Shown: positions 21,137 to 31,336, counted from the stretch's first letter. The stretch is 64,000 bases of DNA from Chlamydiales bacterium (GCA_024233435.1 JACKPQ010000002.1:320286-384285), one strand, 5' to 3'. Made by a program: numbers and translations. The notes: generated by a model from the letters alone, not told the origin.

Positions 21137-22545
21137 TATTCCTTAATGCTGATCAAGAATTCCGTGTTGTTATTCGTTTTGGTTAATCGGCCAAGAACGA
21201 GTTTAGCTGCATCAACTTCTGGTAGGTCAGCAACGCTACGCCGCATGATGTAGACTTTTTCGAGCTCTTCTGGGTGTAACAGTAGCTCTTCTTTCCTTGT
21301 ACCACTTTTCGTAATATCGATGGTGGGAAAAATACGTCTTTCTGCTAAGCGGCGAGAAAGCACAAGTTCCATATTGCCCGTTCCTTTAAACTCTTCAAAA
21401 ATCACCTCATCCATGCGTGAGCCAGTGTCCACTAGAGCGGTTGCAATGATTGTGAAAGAGCCTCCTTGCTCCACATTACGGGCGGCTCCAAAAAAGTGCT
21501 TAGGTTTGTGTAGGGAATTCGCATCAACACCACCTGTCAGGATTTTTCCAGAGTGAGGCTGGACGGTATTGTACGCTCTTGCTAATCGGGTAATGTTATC
21601 GAGCAAAATAACAACATCATGCCCATACTCAACCAGACGTTTTGCTTTTTCAAGCGCCATTTCAGCAACTTGCACGTGACGCTCTGGTGGTTCATCAAAT
21701 GTTGATGAGACCACTTCGCCTTTTACAGAGCGTTGCATATCAGTAACTTCCTCTGGGCGCTCATCAATTAGAAGCACGATCAGGAAAATTTCTGGATGGT
21801 TAACGGCAATTGAGTTTGCAATATCTTGTAGTAAAACGGTTTTTCCTGATTTTGGTGGGGCTACGATGAGTCCACGCTGCCCTTTTCCAATAGGGGCAAC
21901 AAGATCAATCACACGTGTTGTGTATTTTTCCTTGGAGGTCTCCATTCTGATGCGCTCATCTGGATAAAGGGGAGTTAGGTTAGAAAAGTGAATGCGGTCC
22001 TTTGCTTTTTCAGGACTTTCTCCATTGACAAGATCAACTCTTGAAAGCGCGAAATATTTTTCTTTTTCTTTTGGTGTGCGAATGGGACCGTAGACGGTAT
22101 CTCCTTTTTTCAAACCAAAGCGTCGTATTTGTTGCGGAGAGACGTAGATATCTTCTGCAGATGAGATGTAGTTGTAGTTAGGTGAGCGCAAAAAACCAAA
22201 GCCGTCAGGCAGAATTTCCATGACGCCTTCACCAGCTAGAACTTCATTAGGCATTGCGGATTTAGCTTTGACGACGGCAAACACCATCTGAGATTTTGTT
22301 AAGGAGGCAAGGTCTGTCAATCCAATTTTTTGAGCAACTTTTCGAAGTTCATCAACTTTCATGCGTTGCAGATCTGCAATTTTAGTGACATTTACAGGGC
22401 CTGTTGGAACGGCTTCTTCTTCTTGTTCTTGCTCTTTAGGCGGGTGATTAGGTGCGTTATGTTGTCTGCGGTGGATGGGTTTAGTAGGAGGGGGTGGGAG
22501 GATTTTATTTTTGGGCGCTTTATTTTCATTTTGTGTTTCAGACAT
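21136..22545 (-). CDS. rho: Transcription termination factor Rho
   Basis: 469 aa with an RNA-binding GFGFLR motif, Walker A APPKSGKT, and Q/R-loop regions. A basic/Pro-rich N-terminal extension is present. Confidence 0.96.
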   Translation of the reverse strand: MSETQNENKAPKNKILPPPPTKPIHRRQHNAPNHPPKEQEQEEEAVPTGPVNVTKIADLQRMKVDELRKVAQKIGLTDLASLTKSQMVFAVVKAKSAMPNEVLAGEGVMEILPDGFGFLRSPNYNYISSAEDIYVSPQQIRRFGLKKGDTVYGPIRTPKEKEKYFALSRVDLVNGESPEKAKDRIHFSNLTPLYPDERIRMETSKEKYTTRVIDLVAPIGKGQRGLIVAPPKSGKTVLLQDIANSIAVNHPEIFLIVLLIDERPEEVTDMQRSVKGEVVSSTFDEPPERHVQVAEMALEKAKRLVEYGHDVVILLDNITRLARAYNTVQPHSGKILTGGVDANSLHKPKHFFGAARNVEQGGSFTIIATALVDTGSRMDEVIFEEFKGTGNMELVLSRRLAERRIFPTIDITKSGTRKEELLLHPEELEKVYIMRRSVADLPEVDAAKLVLGRLTKTNNNTEFLISIKE

Positions 22546-23098
22546 GTCGACTTATTTCCTTGTACAATTGCTTTGCTTTTGTTTTAAGCTGCTTAAGACT
22601 GCCATTGTTTTCAATGACGATGTCGCTTTTTTCAGCTTTGATGGTTTGTGGGAACTGATTGGCCATCCGCTTTGCATATTCGGGATGGGCTTTAGATAGG
22701 TTTCTGGTGACGCAAACTGTGAGGTCAAACCACTGATCCCAACCTGTTTCGAAAAGCAGAGGAATTTCAGCGACAAAAAGATTTGAGTGCACGCTTGCTT
22801 GTTTAATGTTTTCAATAATATGTGGGTGTAATATTTGTTCTAGAGCTTTGAGTTTTTTTGGGTTGTTAAAAACTATTTCTGCCACTTTACGGCGATCGAT
22901 TCGATCACCTGTGACTATCTCGGGGCCGAGCAACTTAATGACTGCTTCCCGATCTTGTCCTTCTAAGAGCTTATGGCCTATGCTGTCCGCATCTACAACG
23001 TCAGCGCCAAGCTCCTTTAAGACCTGACAAAGGGTGCTTTTTCCAGATCCAAAGGCCCCTGTCACTGCAATCTTTTTCAATTGTAACACTCTCCCCAA
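22538..23098 (-). CDS. coaE: Dephospho-CoA kinase
   Basis: 186 aa with a P-loop [11 protein letters not shown] and a CoaE-like layout. It overlaps rho by 8 nt and polA by 22 nt. Confidence 0.88.
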   Translation of the reverse strand: MGRVLQLKKIAVTGAFGSGKSTLCQVLKELGADVVDADSIGHKLLEGQDREAVIKLLGPEIVTGDRIDRRKVAEIVFNNPKKLKALEQILHPHIIENIKQASVHSNLFVAEIPLLFETGWDQWFDLTVCVTRNLSKAHPEYAKRMANQFPQTIKAEKSDIVIENNGSLKQLKTKAKQLYKEISRHV

Positions 23099-25800
23099 TT
23101 TTTGCCAACTGATACATCAACAACGAGCGGAACCTTCAAAGGGAAAGCGGTTTCCATCTTATCGACAACTATTTTTTTCACTTTTGCTAGGTGCTCTTGG
23201 GGCACTTCAAAGAGCAATTCATCGTGAATTTGCAAAATCATTTGTCCCCATTCTGGTCTGTCTTTGAGCTCAGCATCAATTGCGATCATCGCCATTTTAA
23301 TGATATCTGATTGTGTTCCTTGAATGGGTGTATTCACGGCATAGCGCTCTGCAGCTGCGCGCAAATGAGGGTTTTTACTTTTAATTTCTGGCAAGGGTCT
23401 GATGCGCCCTGTCATCGATGTCGCAACGCCTGTTTTTCGAGCTTTAGCCTTACAATCTTCGATAAATTCTTTAACCTTGGGATGGCGCTCAAAATAGGTT
23501 GAGATAAATTTTTCTGCATCGTGAAAATCCATTCCAAGTGATTCTGAAAGACCAAATGCTTGTTGGCCATAGATGATTCCAAAGTTAACAGCTTTAGCTT
23601 TTCGGCGCATGTCAGGTGAGACATCCTTTAGTGGAACTTCAAAGATCGAGCTTGCTGTTGCAGCATGAATGTCATTGCCATTTTTAAATGCTTCGATGAG
23701 TGTTTTATCTCCTGTTAAGTGCGCTAAAATACGCAGCTCTACTTGGCTGTAGTCGGCAGATAAAAATTGCACACCTCTTTTCTCACAGGTAAAAGCTTCG
23801 CGCACTTTTTTCCCCTCTGCAGTACGTATGGGGATGTTTTGCAAATTTGGATCAGTACAAGATAAGCGTCCTGTAGCTGTGACTGACTGATGAAATGAGC
23901 AGTGAATTCTGTGCGTTTGTGGATTGATTTGCTCTGGTAGTGAATCAACGTAGGTAGATCGGAGTTTTTCAATGGTGCGGTAGTCGATGATTTCATCGAT
24001 GATGGGATGATCTCCTTGCAATTCAGCTAAGACTGCAGCGCTTGTCGAGTAACCTGTTGCTTTTTTACGACCCACTGTTTTTAATTCTAAATCAGTGAAA
24101 AGGATCTCAGACATCTGTTTGGGTGAATTGATGTTAAATTCTTTACCTGCGTGCTTGTAGATTTTCTTCTTTAGGTCTTTGAGTTTTTCTGCCAGCATCT
24201 GTGATTTTTGTTTTAGCCTTTCTTTATCGATGTAAATACCTGCGCGCTCCATGCGTAAAAGGACCCAAACAAGAGGTAGCTCTACTTCGAAAAACAGTTT
24301 TTCAAGACCGGTGCTTTTGAGTTCTTTTTCAAAAAGTGCTTTTAGCTTGCATGTATAATCAACATCCTCACAGCAATATGAGCCGACTTCACTGATATCC
24401 ACATCTGCCATTGACTTTTGCTTTTTCCCAGTCCCAATAAGTTTTGAAATAGGCGTTTTAATCACGTTGAAATGCTCGAGAATAATCTGGTCTAAACCAT
24501 GCCTGTTTTTCTGTGGAGCAAGCAGGTAAGAAGCAATCAAAGTATCAAAGCAAAGTGATTTCACTTCGATTCCCGCATTCATCAATACATGCAAATCATA
24601 CTTGATATTGTGTCCATAGAAAGAAATTTTATCATTTTCTAAAACTGGACGTAAAAATTCTAGAGCATCTTCACCGAGTTCGCCATTCAATGGAATGTAC
24701 CAAGCTTCACCGGCTTTAATGCCTAGGCCAACACCTACAAGTTGTGCTTGCATCGGCCTTAAATGTGTTGTTTCTGCGTCTAAGCAAAGTTCTTTTTCTT
24801 TTGAGAGTTTTTCTGCGAGCTTTTCTAATTCTTCTATTGTTTCAACGATGTGATATTTACCTTTGGGAGCTGCCTTAACACCTTTTTTCGATATCTTTTC
24901 TTCTGGAAGTTCTTCTTCAGCAAAAAGAGACATTTGCTTCTCTTCTTTGATGCCCATTTCTTTTAGCAGGGAGAAAAACCCTTTGTCGCGATAAAACTGA
25001 GATAGTTTTTCGTGATCGCAGTCAGCCATTTTGTAAAAATCGGAGTCAGTGGGTATTTTTAAATCAGGGTATAGATGCGCGAGTTTTTGGCTGATCAAAA
25101 GCTGCTCTTTATTCTCTATAATGCGAGCGCGTTGTTTTGCATTTTCTATTTGCTCTGGATTGTCGAGCATGTTTTGAATGCTTTTGTATTTTGTTAAAAG
25201 CGTTGCAGCTGTTTTTTTTCCAATCCCAGGTACGCCAGGAATATTGTCTGAGGCATCACCCATTAACGCGAGATAATCTGCAATTTGATTTGGGTGAACT
25301 CCATAATGCTCTTTAACGCCAGCAGGAGTGAGAATTTTATTGTCTTTGTAGGTGTTGACCATCACCACTTTATCAGTTACAAGCTGGGCCAAATCTTTAT
25401 CATTTGTGCACAAAAACACTTTGGATGCTTTTTTGGTTGCCCATTTCGCAATGGCTCCGATGGTATCGTCTGCTTCTACACCAGGGAGCTCTATTTGCGG
25501 AATGCCTGAGAGCTTGCAAAACTCTATGGCCCAATCAAGTTGTGGAAAAAGATCCTCAGGCATGCCTTCGCGGTGCGCTTTATACTTCTCGTAGATATCT
25601 GTGCGCGATTTTTTGTTGTCAGGTCCGTCGAAAACAACGACAAGGTGTTTTGGATCAAAATCTTTGATGACTTTTTGAACAGAGCGGATAAATCCATAGA
25701 GAGCATTGGTTGATTCGCCCTTGTCATTTGTCATGTGATAAATCGCATGATAGGAGCGAAAAAGATAAGCAAGTGCGTCAATGACGTATATTTTATCCAT
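23077..25800 (-). CDS. polA: DNA polymerase I
   Basis: 907 aa with a 5'-nuclease N-terminus and pol motifs A (DYSQVELRILAH), B (RRKAKAVNFGIIYG) and C (QIHDELLFE). Confidence 0.97.
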   Translation of the reverse strand: MDKIYVIDALAYLFRSYHAIYHMTNDKGESTNALYGFIRSVQKVIKDFDPKHLVVVFDGPDNKKSRTDIYEKYKAHREGMPEDLFPQLDWAIEFCKLSGIPQIELPGVEADDTIGAIAKWATKKASKVFLCTNDKDLAQLVTDKVVMVNTYKDNKILTPAGVKEHYGVHPNQIADYLALMGDASDNIPGVPGIGKKTAATLLTKYKSIQNMLDNPEQIENAKQRARIIENKEQLLISQKLAHLYPDLKIPTDSDFYKMADCDHEKLSQFYRDKGFFSLLKEMGIKEEKQMSLFAEEELPEEKISKKGVKAAPKGKYHIVETIEELEKLAEKLSKEKELCLDAETTHLRPMQAQLVGVGLGIKAGEAWYIPLNGELGEDALEFLRPVLENDKISFYGHNIKYDLHVLMNAGIEVKSLCFDTLIASYLLAPQKNRHGLDQIILEHFNVIKTPISKLIGTGKKQKSMADVDISEVGSYCCEDVDYTCKLKALFEKELKSTGLEKLFFEVELPLVWVLLRMERAGIYIDKERLKQKSQMLAEKLKDLKKKIYKHAGKEFNINSPKQMSEILFTDLELKTVGRKKATGYSTSAAVLAELQGDHPIIDEIIDYRTIEKLRSTYVDSLPEQINPQTHRIHCSFHQSVTATGRLSCTDPNLQNIPIRTAEGKKVREAFTCEKRGVQFLSADYSQVELRILAHLTGDKTLIEAFKNGNDIHAATASSIFEVPLKDVSPDMRRKAKAVNFGIIYGQQAFGLSESLGMDFHDAEKFISTYFERHPKVKEFIEDCKAKARKTGVATSMTGRIRPLPEIKSKNPHLRAAAERYAVNTPIQGTQSDIIKMAMIAIDAELKDRPEWGQMILQIHDELLFEVPQEHLAKVKKIVVDKMETAFPLKVPLVVDVSVGKNWGECYN

Positions 25801-26818
25801 TTTCGTATAAATACATAAGCTTGTTGCTTAAGTTGGGATCGAATAGATCTTTTATTTTGTCAAAACCAAATGCTTTGCCCTCGATGAGATCAGCAAGGAA
25901 AAAACGTTGAGGAATGAGCTCGATGACTTGGTAGTTTTGCTCTTTTGTGATGCCAGCTTTTTCACAAAGCGCATTGAGAGCCATGGAATAATCGCTGTTT
26001 GCCTCGTCGATGTAGCCGAGTTGCTCGGCTTTGGGCGCATCGAAAACTTGCGCTCCGTAGGTATTGATAAGCGCATTTTTATTCAACCGAGGTCTTGCGC
26101 TTGTGACAATATCGACAAAGCGATTGTACTGATACTCGATGATGTCTTGCAAAGATTTGTCTTCGCCTGGCTTCCACTCTCTGAAGGGGCTGAGCATGTC
26201 CTTGTCGATACCACGCGTTATTGTCATTGCTTTGACGCCCACTTTTTGCATTAAATCGACAACATTAAAGTTAGGGCCTAGGATAACGCCTACAGAACCA
26301 ATGACGCTTACAGGTGATGCATAGATCTTTTCAGCGCTTGAAGAAACATACATCCCTCCCGATGCGCACATCCCATCGACAAAAGCATAAACGGGCACAT
26401 TATAACGTTTGCTGTAACTGTTTAAGGAACGATACATCTGGTCAGCATCAGTTACAGTTCCGCCTGGAGTGTTGATATGAAGCAATATTCCCTTGACGCG
26501 ATCTTTTTTGATCATCACGCCTTGCGAATCCATCAGCTGCATTTCAATATTTTTTCCAAGCAGTTTATCCATGCCAATTACACCATGAATATTGATGCGC
26601 AAAATCACAGGCGCACTTGGAGGAAGCATCGTGCGGTTTCCTTCAGCATCGGCGGCAATAATCACTTCAGTTGATGGGCCAGACGTTTTGCTGCCAAAAA
26701 AAACTAAAAATAAAAAAACAATCACAAAGATGCCGATCAGCAAACCTGCTGCTCCACAAAAAGCTTTAGAAAAGCTGCGCATACCTGACTTGACGATTGA
26801 TTCGTTTGGATTATCCAT
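25793..26818 (-). CDS. sppA: Signal peptide peptidase SppA (36K type, S49; SohB-like)
   Basis: 341 aa with an N-terminal TM and an S49 core (INTPGG ... MCASGGMYVSS). Confidence 0.88.
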   Translation of the reverse strand: MDNPNESIVKSGMRSFSKAFCGAAGLLIGIFVIVFLFLVFFGSKTSGPSTEVIIAADAEGNRTMLPPSAPVILRINIHGVIGMDKLLGKNIEMQLMDSQGVMIKKDRVKGILLHINTPGGTVTDADQMYRSLNSYSKRYNVPVYAFVDGMCASGGMYVSSSAEKIYASPVSVIGSVGVILGPNFNVVDLMQKVGVKAMTITRGIDKDMLSPFREWKPGEDKSLQDIIEYQYNRFVDIVTSARPRLNKNALINTYGAQVFDAPKAEQLGYIDEANSDYSMALNALCEKAGITKEQNYQVIELIPQRFFLADLIEGKAFGFDKIKDLFDPNLSNKLMYLYENG

Positions 26819-26879
26819 GCTGTTCCTTATAGTTGCTGTAGAAACCGTATACTAGCTCATGTCTAATTGATGCACAAGC

Positions 26880-28901
26880 TTAAGGCGGTGTGCACCCTGA
26901 GGAGTAAGTGACTGTACCAGCAGTGACAACAGGCCCCGTGTTACTAGTTGTGACAGTTGCCATGGAGTCAACCATGTTGAGGTCTTCAAGGCTGAACGTT
27001 GTCGCGGTGTTGCCAAGAAGCTCAAGACAACCAAAAGGAGCACTTAAAATAGATTCGACGCGGATAGCGTTTGTCAGTGCCACGTTGTTTGTTATGCTTG
27101 CATACTTAGTATAAAAAGGCGGAACACCTATGAATTGATGGAAAATACCGTTTGCTACAAGAGAAGAGCTTACCGTATTGTTCGAGATAACAATGCTCGA
27201 CAAACCGGCCTGTTCCGTAACAGCAATTGCTTCATTTCCTGCAGTTACCATATTTCCATCAATGATAATGGTATTTAGTGAGGGGTTACTTTGAATAGCG
27301 AATATTCGAATGCCGGTGTTGATCGGGGAAGTGATGGTATTGTTTTGTATTAAAGTGGCAGAAGTGTTGACGTTGTTAACTTCGATACTAGCTCCACCAA
27401 ACCCAGTCAGATCGGTATCTACAATTGTGTTATTGCTCACGTCTATTATACCATTAACATTAACAGTTGTGATAAATGGCATGCCCGTTGTGAAAGAATT
27501 GTTTTGGATGAATGTATCTTCTAAGCCAAATAGATTGAAGTAGGAAAAGCCGGTTGATAGCCCTGTTGTGACAGACGAATTTACCAAAGTAAATGCGGTG
27601 CTTCCTATCGAAGTTTGTGCGCCAAAAAAGCCACCTACAAACTCAAAGGCGTTAACAGATACTGCCCCTCCTTGCAATTCAAAAATAGTCCCAAACATAT
27701 CCACGTGGTCGAGCGCCGGTGCAATGGCTGTTTGTGCTGGGAAAACGATCCCATCTACAGTATGGGCGATGCCTGATCCTAAGAAGAACAAGTCGTGAGG
27801 CACAGTGACAAGGGCACTTGGCCCTGGCGTTGTGTAATTAATGCCAGTTCCATAGACGTATATGCAATCGCCAGCAACTGAAGCGTCAACAGCTTCCTGA
27901 ATTGTTTGAAAGGGCATTTCAAATGTGCCATCACCGCCAGCTGGAGCAGTATTGTCAACGAAGATACAATTGATCGTTGTGGACCCTGAACCTGATCCAG
28001 TAGTAAGAGCGCTGATCCTACTTGTGTTACAAACAGGGATAATTTCTTGGCGGATGACCCCTTGCGTCATGCGGCGTTGCATTTTGGCAGACGCAATGCA
28101 CTCTTGCAGGTACCAATTCCTCCACCGTTTACCTCTAGTGCGAATAGTATTAGGTCCTAAGGGAAAGCTCAATGATGCGTAACCATTAGCTCGGGTTTTG
28201 TATTCGCGGTCATAGCTGATTTCTCCACCAATAGAGATGCCATCGAAGATCAAAACACCCAACCGTGCCATACCGCCCCAGGAAGCGCCGCAGCGCTTGC
28301 CAAGCAAGTGTTTTTCAAATAGATAGTAAGGGCCAATTGATAAATAGGGATCGACTACCAGTCCAGGAATAGGAATTCCAAATTCTGCTCCGATATTTGG
28401 AAGAGCTGTTGTTGCTTTTTGTTTAATGTAAAGGGTATTGCCTGAAGCATAGGCAAATCGACGAGGAGTTTTACCGGTATCGTTACTTATTGGGATATAG
28501 CCGTTGAGTCTGAAGTCGACGTAAGGGTTTAACACTTCAAGACCAGGGCCTATTTGGTGCGCCCTTAGATTTCTTGCATCGCGAAAGTCATAGTAGCAGT
28601 TCGCTCCAAATGCCCACTGACCGGTCGCAAATCGCGATCCAATGCCAACGTTTGATGCTGTGCGCCCATCATTAAACATATGCCCTCGCATATCGAGAAA
28701 TGGCTGGAAGTTTCTTTGCCAATTTGGCGTTAAGAATCCAGAGACGGTTCCATATCCCTGGCGATAGCCAACGCCTTCAGGCGCGCGATATCTCATTGAT
28801 GCGTGTGAGGGGGTTCCGCGAATGCATGAGGTTTGCGCAAAACCCTGCACCAGGAACATAAAAGTGATGATCCAAAATTTCTTATCCACTGCTTCATACA
28901 T
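26880..28901 (-). CDS. Surface protein, copy 1: N-terminal inverse-autotransporter-like beta-barrel plus C-terminal parallel beta-helix passenger
   Basis: The track ORF is 687 aa (to 28943). The likelier start is the Met at 28901, which gives a signal peptide MYEAVDKKFWIITFMFLVQGFAQT. The barrel pattern is FLDMRGHMFNDGRTASNVGIGSRF..WAFGANCYYDFRD...GLE...VDFRLNGYIP. The passenger has a GDGTFEMPFQTIQEAV..A..GDCIYV motif and repeated NNTI/NNS beta-helix turns. Confidence 0.75.
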   Translation of the reverse strand: MYEAVDKKFWIITFMFLVQGFAQTSCIRGTPSHASMRYRAPEGVGYRQGYGTVSGFLTPNWQRNFQPFLDMRGHMFNDGRTASNVGIGSRFATGQWAFGANCYYDFRDARNLRAHQIGPGLEVLNPYVDFRLNGYIPISNDTGKTPRRFAYASGNTLYIKQKATTALPNIGAEFGIPIPGLVVDPYLSIGPYYLFEKHLLGKRCGASWGGMARLGVLIFDGISIGGEISYDREYKTRANGYASLSFPLGPNTIRTRGKRWRNWYLQECIASAKMQRRMTQGVIRQEIIPVCNTSRISALTTGSGSGSTTINCIFVDNTAPAGGDGTFEMPFQTIQEAVDASVAGDCIYVYGTGINYTTPGPSALVTVPHDLFFLGSGIAHTVDGIVFPAQTAIAPALDHVDMFGTIFELQGGAVSVNAFEFVGGFFGAQTSIGSTAFTLVNSSVTTGLSTGFSYFNLFGLEDTFIQNNSFTTGMPFITTVNVNGIIDVSNNTIVDTDLTGFGGASIEVNNVNTSATLIQNNTITSPINTGIRIFAIQSNPSLNTIIIDGNMVTAGNEAIAVTEQAGLSSIVISNNTVSSSLVANGIFHQFIGVPPFYTKYASITNNVALTNAIRVESILSAPFGCLELLGNTATTFSLEDLNMVDSMATVTTSNTGPVVTAGTVTYSSGCTPP

Positions 28902-28959
28902 ATATATATAATTCTTTTCCGTAAAGAATAATTTTAGGGTCAATTCGGTATGGCCAGCT

Positions 28960-29298
28960 TCACAGTCGATTAAGTTCTTTTAAGAGATCGCCAGTAGACG
29001 AATACAATTTTCCGGTCCACTCAGAAATATTGCGAGATTGCGTGCTGAAGTTAATCCCAATGACAGCAAGCTGACGATTTTGATGGGAGTATTTGCGGTT
29101 AGCATCAGCTGTTTTGGTGCAGCTTAAATTGTCTATAATGGGTTTATCATACTCATCGACTAGCACGACGACTTCAGCTATTTGAGAAAGCTTTTTCACC
29201 AAATTAGCAAGGCCTTCTTGTAATGTAGGTGTATCGATTGAAACTCCATAATTTAATGCAATTTCTGACAGTGATCTTTCGATGCTTTTTTCTAATTG
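28960..29298 (-). pseudogene. 3' fragment (last 112 codons) of the AAA-ATPase-like gene, duplicated with unit 1
   Basis: Identical to the C-terminal 112 aa of ORF 33830-34462 (QLEKSIERSL...KELNRL). The track ORF 28960-29472 is a chimera that reads 58 alt-frame codons out of the preceding surface-protein gene. Confidence 0.8.
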
Positions 29299-29308
29299 AT
29301 GCACAAGC

Positions 29309-31336
29309 TTAAGGCGGTGTGCACCCTGAGGAGTAAGTGACTGTACCAGCAGTGACAACAGGCCCCGTGTTACTAGTTGTGACAGTTGCCATGGAGTCAA
29401 CCATGTTGAGGTCTTCAAGGCTGAACGTTGTCGCGGTGTTGCCAAGAAGCTCAAGACAACCAAAAGGAGCACTTACAATAGATTCGACGCGGATAGCGTT
29501 TGTCAGTGCCACGTTGTTTGTTATGCTTGCATACTTATTATAAAAAGGCGGAACAAATGGATTGGTGAATTGATGGAAAATACCGTTTGCTACAAGAGAA
29601 GAGCTTACCGTATTGTTCGAGATAACAATGCTCGACAAACCGGACTGTTCCGTAACAGCAATTGCTTCATTTCCTGCAGTTACCATATTTCCATCAATGA
29701 TAATGGTATTTAGTGAGGGGTTACTTTGAATAGCGAATATTCGAATGCCGGTGTTGATCGGGGAAGTGATGGTATTGTTTTGTATTAAAGTGGCAGAAGT
29801 GTTGACGTTGTTAACTTCGATACTAGCTCCACCAAACCCAGTCAGATCGGTATCTACAATTGTGTTATTGCTCACGTCTATTATACCATTAACATTAACA
29901 GTTGTGATAAATGGCATGCCCGTTGTGAAAGAATTGTTTTGGATGAATGTATCTTCTAAGCCAAATAGATTGAAGTAGGAAAAGCCGGTTGATAGCCCTG
30001 TTGTGACAGACGAATTTACCAAAGTAAATGCGGTGCTTCCTATCGAAGTTTGTGCGCCAAAAAAGCCACCTACAAACTCAAAGGCGTTAACAGATACTGC
30101 CCCTCCTTGCAATTCAAAAATAGTCCCAAACATATCCACGTGGTCGAGCGCCGGTGCAATGGCTGTTTGTGCTGGGAAAACGATCCCATCTACAGTATGG
30201 GCGATGCCTGATCCTAAGAAGAACAAGTCGTGAGGCACAGTGACAAGGGCACTTGGCCCTGGCGTTGTGTAATTAATGCCAGTTCCATAGACGTATATGC
30301 AATCGCCAGCAACTGAAGCGTCAACAGCTTCCTGAATTGTTTGAAAGGGCATTTCAAATGTGCCATCACCGCCAGCTGGAGCAGTATTGTCAACGAAGAT
30401 ACAATTGATCGTTGTGGACCCTGAACCTGATCCAGTAGTAAGAGCGCTGATCCTACTTGTGTTACAAACAGGGATAATTTCTTGGCGGATGACCCCTTGC
30501 GTCATGCGGCGTTGCATTTTGGCAGACGCAATGCACTCTTGCAGGTACCAATTCCTCCACCGTTTACCTCTAGTGCGAATAGTATTAGGTCCTAAGGGAA
30601 AGCTCAATGATGCGTAACCATTAGCTCGGGTTTTGTATTCGCGGTCATAGCTGATTTCTCCACCAATAGAGATGCCATCGAAGATCAAAACACCCAACCG
30701 TGCCATACCGCCCCAGGAAGCGCCGCAGCGCTTGCCAAGCAAGTGTTTTTCAAATAGATAGTAAGGGCCAATTGATAAATAGGGATCGACTACCAGTCCA
30801 GGAATAGGAATTCCAAATTCTGCTCCGATATTTGGAAGAGCTGTTGTTGCTTTTTGTTTAATGTAAAGGGTATTGCCTGAAGCATAGGCAAATCGACGAG
30901 GAGTTTTACCGGTATCGTTACTTATTGGGATATAGCCGTTGAGTCTGAAGTCGACGTAAGGGTTTAACACTTCAAGACCAGGGCCTATTTGGTGCGCCCT
31001 TAGATTTCTTGCATCGCGAAAGTCATAGTAGCAGTTCGCTCCAAATGCCCACTGACCGGTCGCAAATCGCGATCCAATGCCAACGTTTGATGCTGTGCGC
31101 CCATCATTAAACATATGCCCTCGCATATCGAGAAATGGCTGGAAGTTTCTTTGCCAATTTGGCGTTAAGAATCCAGAGACGGTTCCATATCCCTGGCGAT
31201 AGCCAACGCCTTCAGGCGCGCGATATCTCATTGATGCGTGTGAGGGGGTTCCGCGAATGCATGAGGTTTGCGCAAAACCCTGCACCAGGAACATAAAAGT
31301 GATGATCCAAAATTTCTTATCCACTGCTTCATACAT
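29309..31336 (-). CDS. Surface protein, copy 2 (inverse-autotransporter-like barrel plus beta-helix passenger)
   Basis: The 689-aa track ORF runs to 31378, with a probable start at 31336. It is identical to copy 3 and differs from copy 1 only near the C-terminus. Confidence 0.75.
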   Translation of the reverse strand: MYEAVDKKFWIITFMFLVQGFAQTSCIRGTPSHASMRYRAPEGVGYRQGYGTVSGFLTPNWQRNFQPFLDMRGHMFNDGRTASNVGIGSRFATGQWAFGANCYYDFRDARNLRAHQIGPGLEVLNPYVDFRLNGYIPISNDTGKTPRRFAYASGNTLYIKQKATTALPNIGAEFGIPIPGLVVDPYLSIGPYYLFEKHLLGKRCGASWGGMARLGVLIFDGISIGGEISYDREYKTRANGYASLSFPLGPNTIRTRGKRWRNWYLQECIASAKMQRRMTQGVIRQEIIPVCNTSRISALTTGSGSGSTTINCIFVDNTAPAGGDGTFEMPFQTIQEAVDASVAGDCIYVYGTGINYTTPGPSALVTVPHDLFFLGSGIAHTVDGIVFPAQTAIAPALDHVDMFGTIFELQGGAVSVNAFEFVGGFFGAQTSIGSTAFTLVNSSVTTGLSTGFSYFNLFGLEDTFIQNNSFTTGMPFITTVNVNGIIDVSNNTIVDTDLTGFGGASIEVNNVNTSATLIQNNTITSPINTGIRIFAIQSNPSLNTIIIDGNMVTAGNEAIAVTEQSGLSSIVISNNTVSSSLVANGIFHQFTNPFVPPFYNKYASITNNVALTNAIRVESIVSAPFGCLELLGNTATTFSLEDLNMVDSMATVTTSNTGPVVTAGTVTYSSGCTPP

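Noticed and set aside
27040-27215. Whether the clustered differences between repeat copies indicate a diversity-generating retroelement (template/variable repeat pair).
   Set aside because: No reverse transcriptase gene is in the window. The differences are not adenine-specific (A/C, G/T, C/A plus an indel). The repeats are whole-gene tandem copies, not a short TR/VR pair.
26908-28182. Plus-strand ORFs of 68, 77, 76 and 85 aa inside each surface-protein copy, each present three times in the track (26908.., 29337.., 31772.. and so on).
   Set aside because: They lie antisense to a long, well-supported minus-strand CDS. Their triple recurrence simply reflects the DNA triplication. Their composition is low-complexity (P/V/L/T-rich), typical of shadow ORFs.
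28896-28912. An alternating AT/TA run (acatatatatatataa) at the start codon of each surface-protein copy, considered as a slipped-strand phase-variation tract.
   Set aside because: It has only about 5-6 dinucleotide units, which is short for a contingency locus. All three copies have the same length, so there is no evidence of variation.
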